From the NCBI RefSeq assembly GCF_009914755.1, contig NC_060925.1: a stretch of DNA of 64,000 nt. The stretch is one strand, 5' to 3'. The position numbers and the translations under genes were made by a program. The notes beneath the pieces were generated by a model. The model saw only the letters and a list, made by a program, of their open reading frames with translations. It did no database searches and was not told the origin of the DNA. Below, piece by piece: positions 39,165-50,819 of this stretch. The stretch is from the human T2T-CHM13v2.0 reference genome, Homo sapiens. Numbering within the stretch: the first letter of the stretch is position 1; each line of letters starts with the position of its first letter.

Positions 39165-39887
39165 TGTTAGCATACAAAGCCCTTGAGTGAGCATGGACCC
39201 AGGCAGCAGACTTCTGAGCCCTTCTCATGCAATCCAGAAGGTTAGCTTCAAAACACATCCTTAAACTTCTTTCTTCTTCTTTTTCTCCTTTCTCCCTAGT
39301 CTCAAGATGAAACCTGGAAGCAAATTACAGAAACCTTTTCTTCCCTTAGTTTTAACACATAGCGTTGAAATTTACTTTGAAATTCCCCTCTCTTCCCTTT
39401 TCTACCATACACTCTTTTACCCCATGCACATTTATCTAACTGTATGCTTGTTAAACTCATACCATGCACATTTATCTAACTCTATGCTTGTTAAGAAATT
39501 CCACGGGCAAATTTGAAACAAATCAGGTGTAAAAGCCCCATTGTGGAATTCTCCCCCACTTGAAGATTGGACACTCTAAAGGCTGTCCATTGTTGAGATG
39601 GCACCAGCCTATGCTCCAGGTGGACCATAACTCAAGATAGGCATTGAAACAAGACATACATCCCCTATACCCCCACACAACCCCTGCATGCCTCCTATAT
39701 CAAAGTTCCCTTTTTAAACCCCTGTACTCAGCCCAAACTTTTGAAGTGGTTCCTTTAGAGCATGAGCCTTGGCCATTTCCCTACTCCCAGTGCTAGCTTT
39801 GGAACTAAAGTCACTTTCCTTTCACTGCACTTCATCCTTGTTATTGGCTTTGGAAGCAGCAAGCAGCCGAGGCTGTGCTCAGTTACA
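39165..39887 (+). mobile_element. ERVL-type solo LTR (LTR47/MER74-like)
   Basis: TG...CA ends (tgttagc...cagttaca). R/U5-like tail aaagtcactttcctttcactgcacttcatccttgttattggc. Confidence 0.55.
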
Positions 39888-40049
39888 CTCAGACCTGCTG
39901 AGTCAGCATCTTCTGTCATGAGTCTTGAACTGAATCAGAGGAAGCTGAATTTGGGAACCACTGATCTCAATGACAGAATGGATATTCCTATTTCCAAGTC
40001 AAATGGTCATAATTTGCCTATTAGTAGATACTACTGGTTGCAAACAGAA

Positions 40050-40445
40050 CACGTATTTTCTCTTTCTTCCTTGCAGTCAGAGCCTCAATTGTGCTCAGGT
40101 GTCTATCCATTCCCTGCTCAGCCTCCTGCCTCAGGAGGTGCAGATTCCACCACTAGCTCCACAGAAGAGCCAGTTGGGTTTGAGGACAATGATGTCATTT
40201 CCTGTTGCTAGGGTTGATTCAGGAGGGGACATGTGACTCCAGCCTCAACAATAAGAAATGAGATAAAGATCTCCAGGGGTTTCTGTCTCCTAAGAAAGCA
40301 CTTCCAGAGGAGACCGTAGCTCTTTTTCATCAGCTGTTGGGTCTAGATATGATGTCTGGAATAGCTGCAGCCATATAGCTACTGGATCAAGGGCCGCAGA
40401 GAGGAGACAGGGATAGAATTTTGATGTAATTGGGCTACTAAATCA
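40050..40445 (+). mobile_element. MLT1K/L-like LTR fragment
   Basis: ggacatgtgactccagcctcaacaataagaaatgag...gatgtctggaatagctgcagccat. Confidence 0.5.
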
Positions 40446-40452
40446 AGTAATC

Positions 40453-41138
40453 CGTGAACTAAAAATAAAATTTGAAGCCCCTCAAATGACCAAATGGACT
40501 ATCTCCTAGCCAAGAGAACCCCAGAGTAACCTTGAAAACTGAGTTCTCTGCCATGGTGGATGGAGGCTCAGACACTTGTTTTACCCGCTCCCTTACTAAC
40601 CACAGTTAGGCTTTCTTCTCCAAGGGCTTCACAGAAACAAGTCTTTTCCAAGGACTCCACCACTGATATTGACAAACTGCCAGATGCTACCTCTCCTTTT
40701 TTGACTGGTAAGAGACCACTGGCCAGGGAATGGTTCTGGCTAGTCTATGAAGAATGCACCACAGTACATGTTTTTGTGCTCTCTGCTTCACTTTTTGACA
40801 TCAGAGGGCCCACTCCTCCCTCAGGTCATGTTAATGCTGCTATTTTTTGTATCTGGGACCCATGAAGGGGCATAAAGCTCAAAATGCTCACGTGCATGTT
40901 TCTCCTCCCATAGATATTCATGACTCTTCCTAGAGCTTATTAAATACGTATATTTGGGCATCCCACTCAGCATAAATTTCTGTTCCCTTTGTCCCTTCCT
41001 CACAGTGTCAGGCTGGCCCGCGCTGGCCTGGCCGGAGGCTCTGCTTCCCAGCCTGTCAGGGTGGCCACCCTGCAGGCTGCAGCCCTTTATGAGAAATAAA
41101 TTGCCTGATTTATGAACATCACCATTTTTCAGTTGACA
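40453..41138 (+). mobile_element. MER4-group ERV1 solo LTR (MER39/MER49-like)
   Basis: gtgaactaaaaataaaatttgaagcccc...cagcctgtcagggtggccaccctgcaggctgcagccctttatgagaaataaa...cagttgaca. Near-TSD aatc/gatc. Confidence 0.8.
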
Positions 41139-41828
41139 GATCCTTAGGCACCCTTCCCCCACATATACACCTGCTCAGGGTTAGAAAATGTAGTTATCAC
41201 AGAAGGGCTACATTTCCATCTTGAGCACCTGTGCTTGTCAAAGACCCTGTAACATCTCAAAGCTCTTTTCAAATTGTGCCTCCTCCACCGGTGGGGCCCA
41301 TCACAATCTCTCTCTCCCTCATTGCACCCTCATTTCCCTTAAAATTTGTATCGCTATTTATGGTCATTCGCACACACATCGATCTTCCCTTCTTCACTGT
41401 GAAATTCTGGGAATTAGGGACTTGTCAATCACCTCCACGTCTCCACCCAACATCTACCCCAGGCATGGCAGATTCTTGCAGAGGCAGTGAAAACCCAGCG
41501 CTGAATGGCACAAGGTGTGTGTGAGGGAACTGCACACTGCCTGTGCTTGTTGACAGGGTTTTGCTTTGCCGTGGTAAAGTCCCAAGTTAACATCCAACCA
41601 ATTCTCACTAAAGCAGCCGTGGAGAGGTATGATGGAGTTGTTCTATTCAGTGTTATTACACCTCCAATACCCCGCACACCTGAGCAAAGACAATTTCACT
41701 AGGTAATTTCGGGGCCAGGGTTTCTTCTTCTTTGTTAATGTCATATTATTTGCTTTTCAGGAATCTGCATTTAAATGGATAAAAACCAGAATTTAATTTG
41801 GAACAAACCTGGGTGGAAGAAACATACT

Positions 41829-41871
41829 AAAAAAAAAAAAAAAAAAAAAAGAAGAAGAAGAAGAAGAAGAA
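41829..41871. repeat. A22(GAA)7 compound repeat
   Basis: Read directly. Confidence 0.95.
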
Positions 41872-42915
41872 GTAAGGGGCTGGGAAAAGAATCATCCTGT
41901 GGAAAATTTAGTTACAAATTGGATTTTCCTTTTTCTGGTACTTTAATTTGCTCCTTCCATGCTTTTGTTATTTGACTTAAGAAAAAAAGCAGAAACCTTT
42001 AACTGGTAATAATAGTGCCTACAAGTTAAGTATTTCCTTTTAATAGTAGCAATCATAATGGCAGCTACAGTGTAGCTATTTTATTAGCAAATGAGTAATT
42101 TATAATCAATCAAAATGAATTTCTTTTCCAACAGCTATTTTATTATCTTCGTATTTTTTCTTTGCAGAGCTTCTAAAAAGCTTTTGCCCCAAACAGATTA
42201 ACTTACATTTTCTCCTCTCTCTTTCTTTCTCTCCATCCCCCTTGCTCTGTTACTTAAAAGAAACATTCTCAAATGCCTTAAACTTTGGGTCTCAATAATG
42301 AATAAAAGGATATATTATATATTATCAAGGATAGCCTTTTCTAAAAATGTAATTTGGACACTGTTTCATGTTTTCTGGATGGTAGCCAGCAGTGGTAAGT
42401 AGGTTCCGACATGGATCACATCCCTATAGTCTATTTTTTTAAATGGTGCTTTTTAAGTCTCTGACTAAATTTGTCATAGAGGTTTTAATATAGGAAGCAG
42501 TTAAAGTTTTATTTTTCTTTAAAATATAAAGTGAAGCCTTCTACCCTGCAATATAACCAACCAGGGGCAAAATGGGGAGCAGTCATCCAGCTTTATGTTT
42601 CTTTTCCTCCTTTTTTTTTTGTGTCAAAGGCAATGGCCCTCCAAGCACAATGGGGGGCTACTTTGACTGTTCCTGACACCCAGGTGACCTGGGCATGCGC
42701 TGGTTGAGTGGTAAAGTGCAGGAGAGAATGTCAGTGAGAGTTGCTGCTCCTGGGGGCATTTACCTGTGCTGCATAAAAAACGTGATGGTGCTGGGTGGGG
42801 GCACCTGCTGTTAGCTGAGACTCTGGGCTAGAAGTGTGGGGCCCATGGCATTCCGTGAAAACTGGCTGACTTGGGTTATTAAGTTGAATGAAGTCTTCCT
42901 CTAAAGACACGCCTT

Positions 42916-42957
42916 GACAGCACAGAAAGAAAGACAGCACAGAAAGAAAGACAGCAC

Positions 42958-43020
<63 letters not shown>

Positions 43021-43022
43021 AA
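42916..43022. repeat. Compound STR: 17-bp unit x3 merging into (GAAA)~16
   Basis: gacagcacagaaagaaa x3, then an uninterrupted GAAA array. Confidence 0.95.
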
Positions 43023-43399
43023 TCTGCCACATCAAGCATAAATCCTGTTAATTCATAAAGTAGAGAGCAGCAATTTGCAAAGGGCATTAGCAAGAAGGGA
43101 ACTTTCTGGAAATTACCAAGTGGTAAAGACTCAACCCATAAAGACTTGATTTTCAGTAAAGGGAGAAGCAAAGAAACAGTCCTGAAGGAGGAGGGGCCGT
43201 GGCAATGTTAGGCTTCCCAGGGCTGGCAGGTAGCGTAGGCCTCATGGGACACACAGAGAGACCCTTCCCTTCCTCAATCTCAGCTCTTGTCCTTATTCTG
43301 TATTTCCCTGAGAAAAAAAGAAGCATCAGAAGAAGTCCTGCAAATCCCACTATGAAATCCCCCACTTCGCCTGCCTCTCAGTTTCCAAGACAACATCCT

Positions 43400-44800
43400 T
43401 CAATCTTTCCTGTCATTGGCTTCTCCCTCCCTAGAGAATAAATGGGCAGCAAGAGCTCTCTTCCTAACAGCTATAATGACAGTACAACGATAACGGCAAA
43501 ACCCTCCAGATTCCGCCACCTCTTCCCACTGCTGTGTCTTTTCTTTGCTTCCCTCAGCTACATTTCCGAAGTGGTAGTTGTGACTGACAGCTGCCCGCCC
43601 ATTCCACTGCATCTCCTCCCATCGTTCCATAAACCTGCCCTGACTAGGCCTTCATTCTTCCCGGTCTTCTCAGTGTACTCTTGTCCAGTTATCCGGATCT
43701 GTGCATTGCTAAATCCAGGGGTCAGTGTCCCAGTCTTGATGACTGCTGCCTCCTCAAAAGACTTCCTTCTCTGGGCCTCTAGGACACCTGCTCTTTTGGT
43801 CTCTGCCATTGTGAAGTGTATATTTGGTCTTTGGCCTACTTCCTGGTATATGAATCCTAAAATCCCTGGAGTCTCCAAAGTGATATCTTTTTGTATGCTC
43901 ATGAGTTGACTAATGGCTGGCGGCCCCTAGGTAGCTTCAGGATGGGTGCTGGTCACCTGAAAGACCACGGCAGGATTAGATGGGTGATTCAGCCCCACCC
44001 CAACCTGGGCTTTCCATAGGCATTGGAAACAGGGGGCAGGCTTGTGGACACAGCCCTCAACCTGAGGGATCTGATGCTACCTCTAGGTATTCATCATCAG
44101 AATGGAGTTGGATTGGAGGACAACGTGCTGATAACTACTGCAGAATTGATTGCATGCTTGCTGGTAGGAAGAAATCCTCACATATTGGGTCACAGAAGTC
44201 TTCTGTGTTGATTATTTTTGAGTAAGAGAATAGACAAAACACTTCAAGTGTGTTTTTTCACACTCGGTGTCTCCTATAATACTTGATGGGCTACTCCTTC
44301 TCAGCCTCAGTCTCATTTGCGGGTTTCCTTCCTCTTTCTAGTTTCCAAAAACTAGCTTCTTAGGAGGTCTTTGATCTTTCCGTGTTCACCCCCTATCCCA
44401 CAGCTTTAAAGACATCTACAGGAGGAAGACTTTCATACTAATATCTAGACCTGCCTTCCAAATTGCATGCTCACACACTTAACATCTCCTCTGACATTCT
44501 ATAGGCTCTCAAATTTTGCATATCCAGAGCCGAACTCTCCATTTTTACCACAGACGTGTTCTTTGCACAGTCCTTCACATCTCAGTTCTCATATCAACCT
44601 CATTCTTTCTAGTTGCTCATGTAAAAAAGGAAAAATTCTAGAGTCCATATTCTACATCCCAACCATCAGCAAATCCTTTCCATTCTGCTTCAAGATCTAC
44701 CCAGAATCCAGTCGCTCCCACTCCCTCTGGCCTGCATTGCTGCAGTGGACTTTCAACCAGTCTCCCTGAGTCCATCCTTGTCCCTACCCACTCCACTCCT
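43400..44800 (+). mobile_element. L2 remnant split by MER21
   Basis: attgctaaatccaggggtcagt...ccttctctgggcctctaggacacc before MER21, and aaccatcagcaaatcctttccattctgcttcaagatctacccagaatcc after it. Confidence 0.6.
43810..44265 (+). mobile_element. MER21-family LTR, internally deleted
   Basis: tatttggtctttggcctacttcctgg...cccctaggtagcttcaggatgggtgctggtcacc...gccctcaacctgagggatctgatgcta...cacatattgggtcacagaag. Confidence 0.8.
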
Positions 44801-45329
44801 GAGAGTGGCTCTTGTTCTCAGCCAACGCTAGCTGGAGAGCTGGGGTAAGTTATGGCTGGATTTAATGAGGGTGACACAGGGAAATGGAAGGAACACTGTC
44901 CCCACGAATTCCTGACTGCTAGACCAAAAGGAAAGCCACTTCCATGGTGACATTTCCTGCAACAAATAGCTCAAATTCTAGTTCCTTCCTTCTCTCCCAT
45001 TTGTGAGTCTCTGACCTGGCAAAGGAAAGTTACCTAAAATGTATCTGTTCTCTCCTTTCTCCTTTTATGTGAGCCTGAAGATTTGAACCGTGAGCCATCC
45101 AGATACAGGCTGGGACTAACATACATGCAGACCTCCCTCCAGAAGGAAGACCAAACAGAAAACCACCAGATCTGCTAAATGATAATGTGGTTAATGCTAA
45201 GAAGCACATTCCCAGCAGTTAGAACAAAGGTCTCCTAAAACACTACTTATTATAAAAAACACAAGAACAATTTGGAAATTGTCAAATTCAGGTCCTCAAG
45301 ATGATTGAGGGGAATTTTACATCTACAAA

Positions 45330-45496
45330 TCTACCAACACAAATTTGTAAACTTTCTTAAACCATTAGGAGATTTTGCAATTTTTTTTTGTTAAGCTCAT
45401 CAGCTATCGTTAGTGTTAGTGTGTTTTATGTGTGGCCCAAGACAATTCTACTTCTTCCAGTGTGGCCCAGGGAAGCCAAAAGATTGGACATCCCTG
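45330..45496. mobile_element. MER30 hAT-Charlie MITE fragment
   Basis: gctcatcagctatcgttagtgttagtgtgttttatgtgtggcccaagacaattc...ccaaaagattggacatccctg. Confidence 0.85.
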
Positions 45497-45950
45497 CTCT
45501 AGAGGGACTGTCCCTCCAGGTTAACTAATTCCTAAAGATGGTAAACAACTCATCTGTGAGCACACCCTTCATATGCAAACCACAATACAAAGCCCACACT
45601 CGGGCCGCTATCCACCCACCTGCCCTATTACCGCAGGGCAAGACATCAGACACTGAGGACATTTCCTATGCCCTAGAGCCTGCTGAAATTTTTCAAACTA
45701 GTAAAGCCTAAGCCTGCATGTTCTGCCTCACCCATTCCTTCCTGCAGAAATAATAATAAAAGCTCTGGCCTGCAGTTCCCCGGTCTCCCTGGCCCTCCTG
45801 ATCCACCTTGGTGCTTCCCTATGGTGTGTGGTGTGTCCCTCCTCCTGGGAACTGTGAATAACAAACTGTCTTTTCAATGGCAAAATCTTACCCTAATCTG
45901 TTGGCATTACTATACTTCAGACTTTCTCTCAATACACTACATTTTAAAGC
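45497..45950 (+). mobile_element. ERVL LTR (MER54/MER74-like)
   Basis: ccctagagcctgctgaaattttcaaactag...cccattccttcctgcagaaataataataaaagctct...gggaactgtgaataacaaactgtc. Confidence 0.6.
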
Positions 45951-46473
45951 AAACACATAGCACAAAATACATTTAAAAACCGAATACTAAAATATAAGCA
46001 ATATAGAGAATCCTGGAAGATAAGAGAGTAGATGTAAGAAATAATAATTGGAAGAAAGTTTAGACAGTAGTGTCAGTTAGAGCACCAGGGAAAAATGTTT
46101 TAAAGAGATCAATATTTAATCGTAGCTGGGAGAAGAATTTGAATTTCGAGAATAAACTCAAAATTATGTAGATTTTCAGACAGGGATGCCTACAGAAATA
46201 TAGAGAATAAAAAGCTACCTACCAAAGAATGAACAGACTTCTCTTCAGCACCCTGTTCCAAAACAGTGAACAGGCAATGGAATACCGTATCCAGCCAAAG
46301 TGTCACTTATGTGTGATGTTAACTGAAAGACATTCTCAAACTATGCAAGGACCCAGAAAGTACACCACCTTCAAGCTCTCCTTAAAACAGTCATCTCTTT
46401 CTATACATTGGCCAATTGATGAGTAAATTTAAATGACCTAAAAAAGAGAGAGAGAACTATGTTAAACATAATA

Positions 46474-46706
46474 TAGGTTTGACATCCCTTATCCTAGATG
46501 CTTGGGACCAGAAGTCTTTCGAACTTTGGATTTTTTTTTTCCAGATTTTGGAATATTTGCATTATACTTACTGGTTGAGCATCTTTAATCTGAAATCTGA
46601 AATGCTGCAATAGCATTTCCTTCGGGCATCATGTTGGTACTCAAAAAGTTTCAGATTTGGGAGCATTTTGGATTTCGGAGTTTCGGATTAAGCAGATTCA
46701 ACCTGT
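46474..46706. mobile_element. Tigger4a/MER46A (Zombi) TcMar MITE
   Basis: atcccttatcc...gcttgggaccagaagt...gatttggaatatttgcattatacttac...ggatttcgga...tcaacctg. Confidence 0.8.
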
Positions 46707-47057
46707 GCTACTGAAAGTGAATTATTAAGCCCAACCAATTCCTTTTATTGTGTTATGATTGATGCAAACATCAAATAATCATTGAAAGAGATGTTGCAGA
46801 GCAGCCTAAAATTTTATATAATTTTGATTGATTGTATTATATTCCTCAGATTAAATTCAGATAAATAGAGTGAAATACAGGGCAGGGAATGCGGCTAAAC
46901 CCGGAAAAGGACTATCCACGTCTAAGTAGCTCCGGCCAGATAGCAAGGTCATGTAAACGGCTGCAGTGGCCCCATTCCTGAGTGCATGGTAGCAGGGGTG
47001 GGAGGACAGTAGTTACCAGTTTAGGGAAGAGAGACACCTCAAAAAATAACAACTGCA

Positions 47058-47143
47058 TGAGCCGAGATTGCACCACTGCACTCCAGCCTGGGCGACAGAG
47101 CAAGACTCCATCTCAAAACAAACAAATAAACAAACAAACAAAC
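47058..47143 (+). mobile_element. 5'-truncated Alu (3' end only)
   Basis: tgagccgagattgcaccactgcactccagcctgggcgacagagcaagactccatctc plus a (caaa)n tail. Near-TSD aacaactgca / acaacctgca. Confidence 0.88.
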
Positions 47144-48472
47144 AACCTGCAGAGGAGATAGAAAATGTTTTATTGCAGATGTTGAAAAGAGGAAAAAGCT
47201 AGTTTCTGAGTTTCTAATATACTTCTTAAGTGTCACCACTAGTAGAATAAGAGTAGAATGAATAGTTTCTAAATTTCTAGGCATAAAAATGTTCAGTTGT
47301 TTCTCAGGAACCTTTTGTTGACTTCAGAATTACCAAATTTAGGAACCTTTCCGAGTATTGTTAAATGACCGCCTGACCCATGAGGCCACTTTGGGACTCT
47401 GACTGTCGTGATTCCAGTACCCAGAATGGACAAAACCAGGTAAGCAGCACCCCTTGCAAAGTATTGTTTTAACAAGATTTATTCCTATCAGGGGCTGCTA
47501 CAGATGATTGTGCCCAGGACTAATACAAGTACATGGGCTTTTTCTGAGCCTCTGTGGCAGACATTTCCCAGCTTTCTGGAAATTACAACATCCTGTTGTT
47601 TATTTGATTCCCTAACTTCCTCTCCAATTCCCTCCACCCAAATTAAATATGGTTTATTTATTTAGTTTTTAATGGATGGGAATTTAAATTGTTATTGTTC
47701 TGGAAATTTTTAGAGACTTTTACAATATCCTCTTACATAATGTGAGCTATTACTGGGTGCTGAGAGTCATAGCTTTAAGGCAATATTCAAAAGAAAGAAA
47801 GGATGCAGAGCCAGGAGGGGGAAAAAAATAAATCAACAGAGAAGGAGTGTGACATGGAATCAGGAAGGGTAGAAATCAACAGAGAACTTAATTAGTAAAA
47901 GACAATGGAACTCCCAAATGTCCTCCAACAGAACCTAGGTGGGAGTGGATTTTTATATTCATGTAATTGCCAGGGAGATTGACTTTACTCAGTTCATTAA
48001 TTCAAATAGAAATGTTTCTGAACACACACTTGCAATGGTATAGGCAATTTGGTAGCTATCAAAGAAAAAAATAAAGATCAATAAAATAATGTTTATTCCC
48101 TTAAGGAAGTTTCTTATAGATTGTATGAGGGAAAATGAATGGGAAACTGAATCAGAGAACAATAAACAACTATGTTCATGAAGACAAGACCAGAACTCAG
48201 GCCCCAGTCACACCTGTAGACTCTTTTGACCAAATAAGGCTCCTTCTCTTGTTATCAATGTTATTGGGTGTCAGAAGAACAGCTGCCCTGTTAATTACCC
48301 TTGTTTTGTCAAACAGCTTGGGAATCTCTCATTAAAACGAATCTCTCAAGGGATGAGCACAGAATACCCAAGGGAGGCCCTGTTGATGTATCCACATTTA
48401 TCTAGAAAAGAACTTGATTAAAAGGTGTTGATATTTATAAATTGATATCAATAGTTATATATTATATAGTTA

Positions 48473-49067
48473 TATTAGAAATGCTTGTTCCTCGGTGCCG
48501 TAAAGAAATAGCAGTTGAACATAAATTTAATTTCTTCAGCAAGGCCATTTTTACTTTCTGCAGAAAGTACACTCGCCAGCAGTTTTGCCACTTTGTTTGA
48601 GAGGACACCGAACAAAGGACACGGGGTCATTTATAACTTGACGCGTTCACCTTACTGCTGTGTCTGGTTTCCATTGGCTGGAACGGGACCTCACATTCTG
48701 TATTTGTCCTGATTGGCTAGCAACTTAGAACTTTTTAAAGGAAGCAAAGGTAGAGGAGGACAAAGGAAGGAGGAAGTAACTTGTGGAATGCTGAGAAAGG
48801 TAAAAACACCTTCAAATTAGGAAGAGGAGCAGGCTATGACCTAATGCTTGAGTGGACCAGTATAAGCATGCCAGGGCAAATATTTAGGCTAAATTGTGGG
48901 AGGTGAGAACATAAAGTACATGGATTTCTTTATCACGGCTAGCAGATATTTAAGAATGTTAGCACAGGTCTTTGAATAAATTTTGCTTTTAAGAGAAGTT
49001 GCTGTTTATTCCTAATTAGATGGGGAGGAAAGTCTTTGAAGAGGAACATCTACTTTACTTTTTTACA
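48473..49067 (-). mobile_element. LTR10C (HERV-I) solo LTR
   Basis: Reverse complement begins tgtaaaaaagtaaagtagatgttcctcttcaaagactttcctcc. TSD gtta (48469-48472, 49068-49071). Confidence 0.82.
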
Positions 49068-49688
49068 GTTATATATTATATATTATATAGTTATAATATA
49101 GATAGTTTATAAATGTCTTGTCTGTGAAAGTGACTATAACCTGAACTTTTTTTTTTAAGAGGATGTGAAAGTTGTATGGATTTTTTGTTACCTTCACTTT
49201 ACTGCATAGGAAACAATCCACCTCATCATTTAAAATGACATGGGTATCAGTTTTGTAGACCTTTGGGGTTTTTTTTTCAGGTTTAATTTCAGTTAACAAA
49301 ATTTAAAACATGACATTCCCTTGCAGACATTGTTGTATACCAATATGTATGGTTTCTTCTCTTTTTAAAATATTTTTGACCGTCATGTCACAGTTGTCAG
49401 TGAGAGTTTATAATACCCAGAATGTGCTGCATCTCTTGTCTCAGTAAGTTTTAAGCAACATTTAAAAATATTAAAGCATGTTGCTTGACCTAATTTTTTA
49501 ACTTTTGAGTTGTTCCATTAAATGGAGTATCTCATACATTTCAACTATTTTATACTTGCAGTTGTTAAGAGTTAAAAGGTAGATGGACTTGTCGCAGACA
49601 GTGAGTTAAGGAATCCTTTCACATTTTTCCCAACTTTAAAATTAAGGATTCTCAGGGCTCCGTGTAGAGCAGTGAAAATAAGACCTCG

Positions 49689-49746
49689 TGTGTGTGTGTG
49701 TGTGTGTGAGACAGAGTGTGCACGCACGCACATGTGTGTGTGTGTG
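49689..49746. repeat. Interrupted (TG)n microsatellite inside the retrocopy
   Basis: Read directly. Confidence 0.85.
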
Positions 49747-50718
49747 CCTGGAGGAGTATTGGTGTCCCACTTGGGTGAGGGGATTGGCTGTGAGCTTCAG
49801 ACCAGGAAATGTGTCATCTTGCCAAGCACCTGGCTGAGTGTGCTGGAGTGATGATCTTGAACAGAAACTTCCTTTTATGTTATTATTCACTACAAAGCTA
49901 AAATGGCCAAATATATACTGTGAAAATTGGTTTCTTTTAACAAAAGATTAGATCCCTTCTTCAGCTGTACACATTTTAAATAAAATCATATTGAACTAAA
50001 AACGTGTTGATATTGAGCATACTGCTCAGGCAGGTAAAGGAAAAGTAAATATTTAGGAAGGTGAAGGGAAAGGGAAATATGAATTCTCACCATCTCATAG
50101 CTCATAGCCTTACATCCTGTAAGAAGATGACACTGGCAGGGTGGGAAGGGGAGGGAAGTTTAGAGCTGGGTTTCAAGACTGCCCTTACGTTTCATTTAGC
50201 AGGGGCACAGAACTCAGCACGATGTCTGCCCAATAGCTGGGGCTCAAAAATGTTGCATGGCTGGATGGCTGCCTGGATGGACGGGCATGATGGCTTTCTG
50301 CTAGTTAGTTCAGGTGTGAGTTAGTAAGTAGATAGCCACCTTCCCAGGAAGAATTCTGTAGCCTGAGTTCTCCAGTGAGCCATTTGCCAAATAAAATAAA
50401 GGGCTCCCTTAAGGAAAAGACCCTAACGCAGGCTCTCTTACGTAGATTCCTACCTGAGTCTTAGGCTACTTCAAGTTCACTTTCTATGCTAATGATTCCT
50501 TCTGATAGAAAGGATCACTTTTGTGATCAAGGGCTCAAGCTTCTTGATCAATGGACAGAGCCCTTCCAGACTTCCTCCCAACTTGCTGTATCTCTGCCTG
50601 CATTTGCCACTCTTTCTTGCTATAGCTACTGCCTAAGACTACAACAAAGTAAACTTTCCCAGTAATCTCTCCAATCTGGCACAACCAAGATCACTTTTGT
50701 GTATCTCTTCCATAGGCT

Positions 50719-50814
50719 TATGCCTTAAATAATTATACTAGTAGTGCTTCTACCTGCTTGTACCTATATGCCTTAAATAATTATACTAGTAGTGCTTCTA
50801 CCTGCTTGTACCTA
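50719..50814. repeat. Perfect 48-bp tandem duplication
   Basis: tatgccttaaataattatactagtagtgcttctacctgcttgtaccta x2. Confidence 0.97.
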
Positions 50815-50819
50815 GCATT

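Larger units (their letters stand above)
48436..49999 (+). pseudogene. HNRNPA3: 5'-truncated processed pseudogene consisting only of distal 3'UTR (HNRNPA3-like), interrupted by LTR10C
   Basis: 49110-49997 matches my recollection of the HNRNPA3 distal 3'UTR (…gttaaggaatcctttcac…gtgagcttcagaccaggaaatgtgtcatcttgcc…cagctgtacacattttaaataaaatcatattgaact). AATAAA at 49979-49984. 15-bp TSD aaa[g/c]gtgttgatatt (48421-48435, 50000-50014) at a TT/AAAA L1-endonuclease site. The parent assignment is from memory. Confidence 0.7.

Noticed and set aside
48864-48883. Possible p53 response element in LTR10C (aagcatgcca gggcaaatat)
   Set aside because: The first half-site has one mismatch and the second lacks the CWWG core, which is too weak to call.
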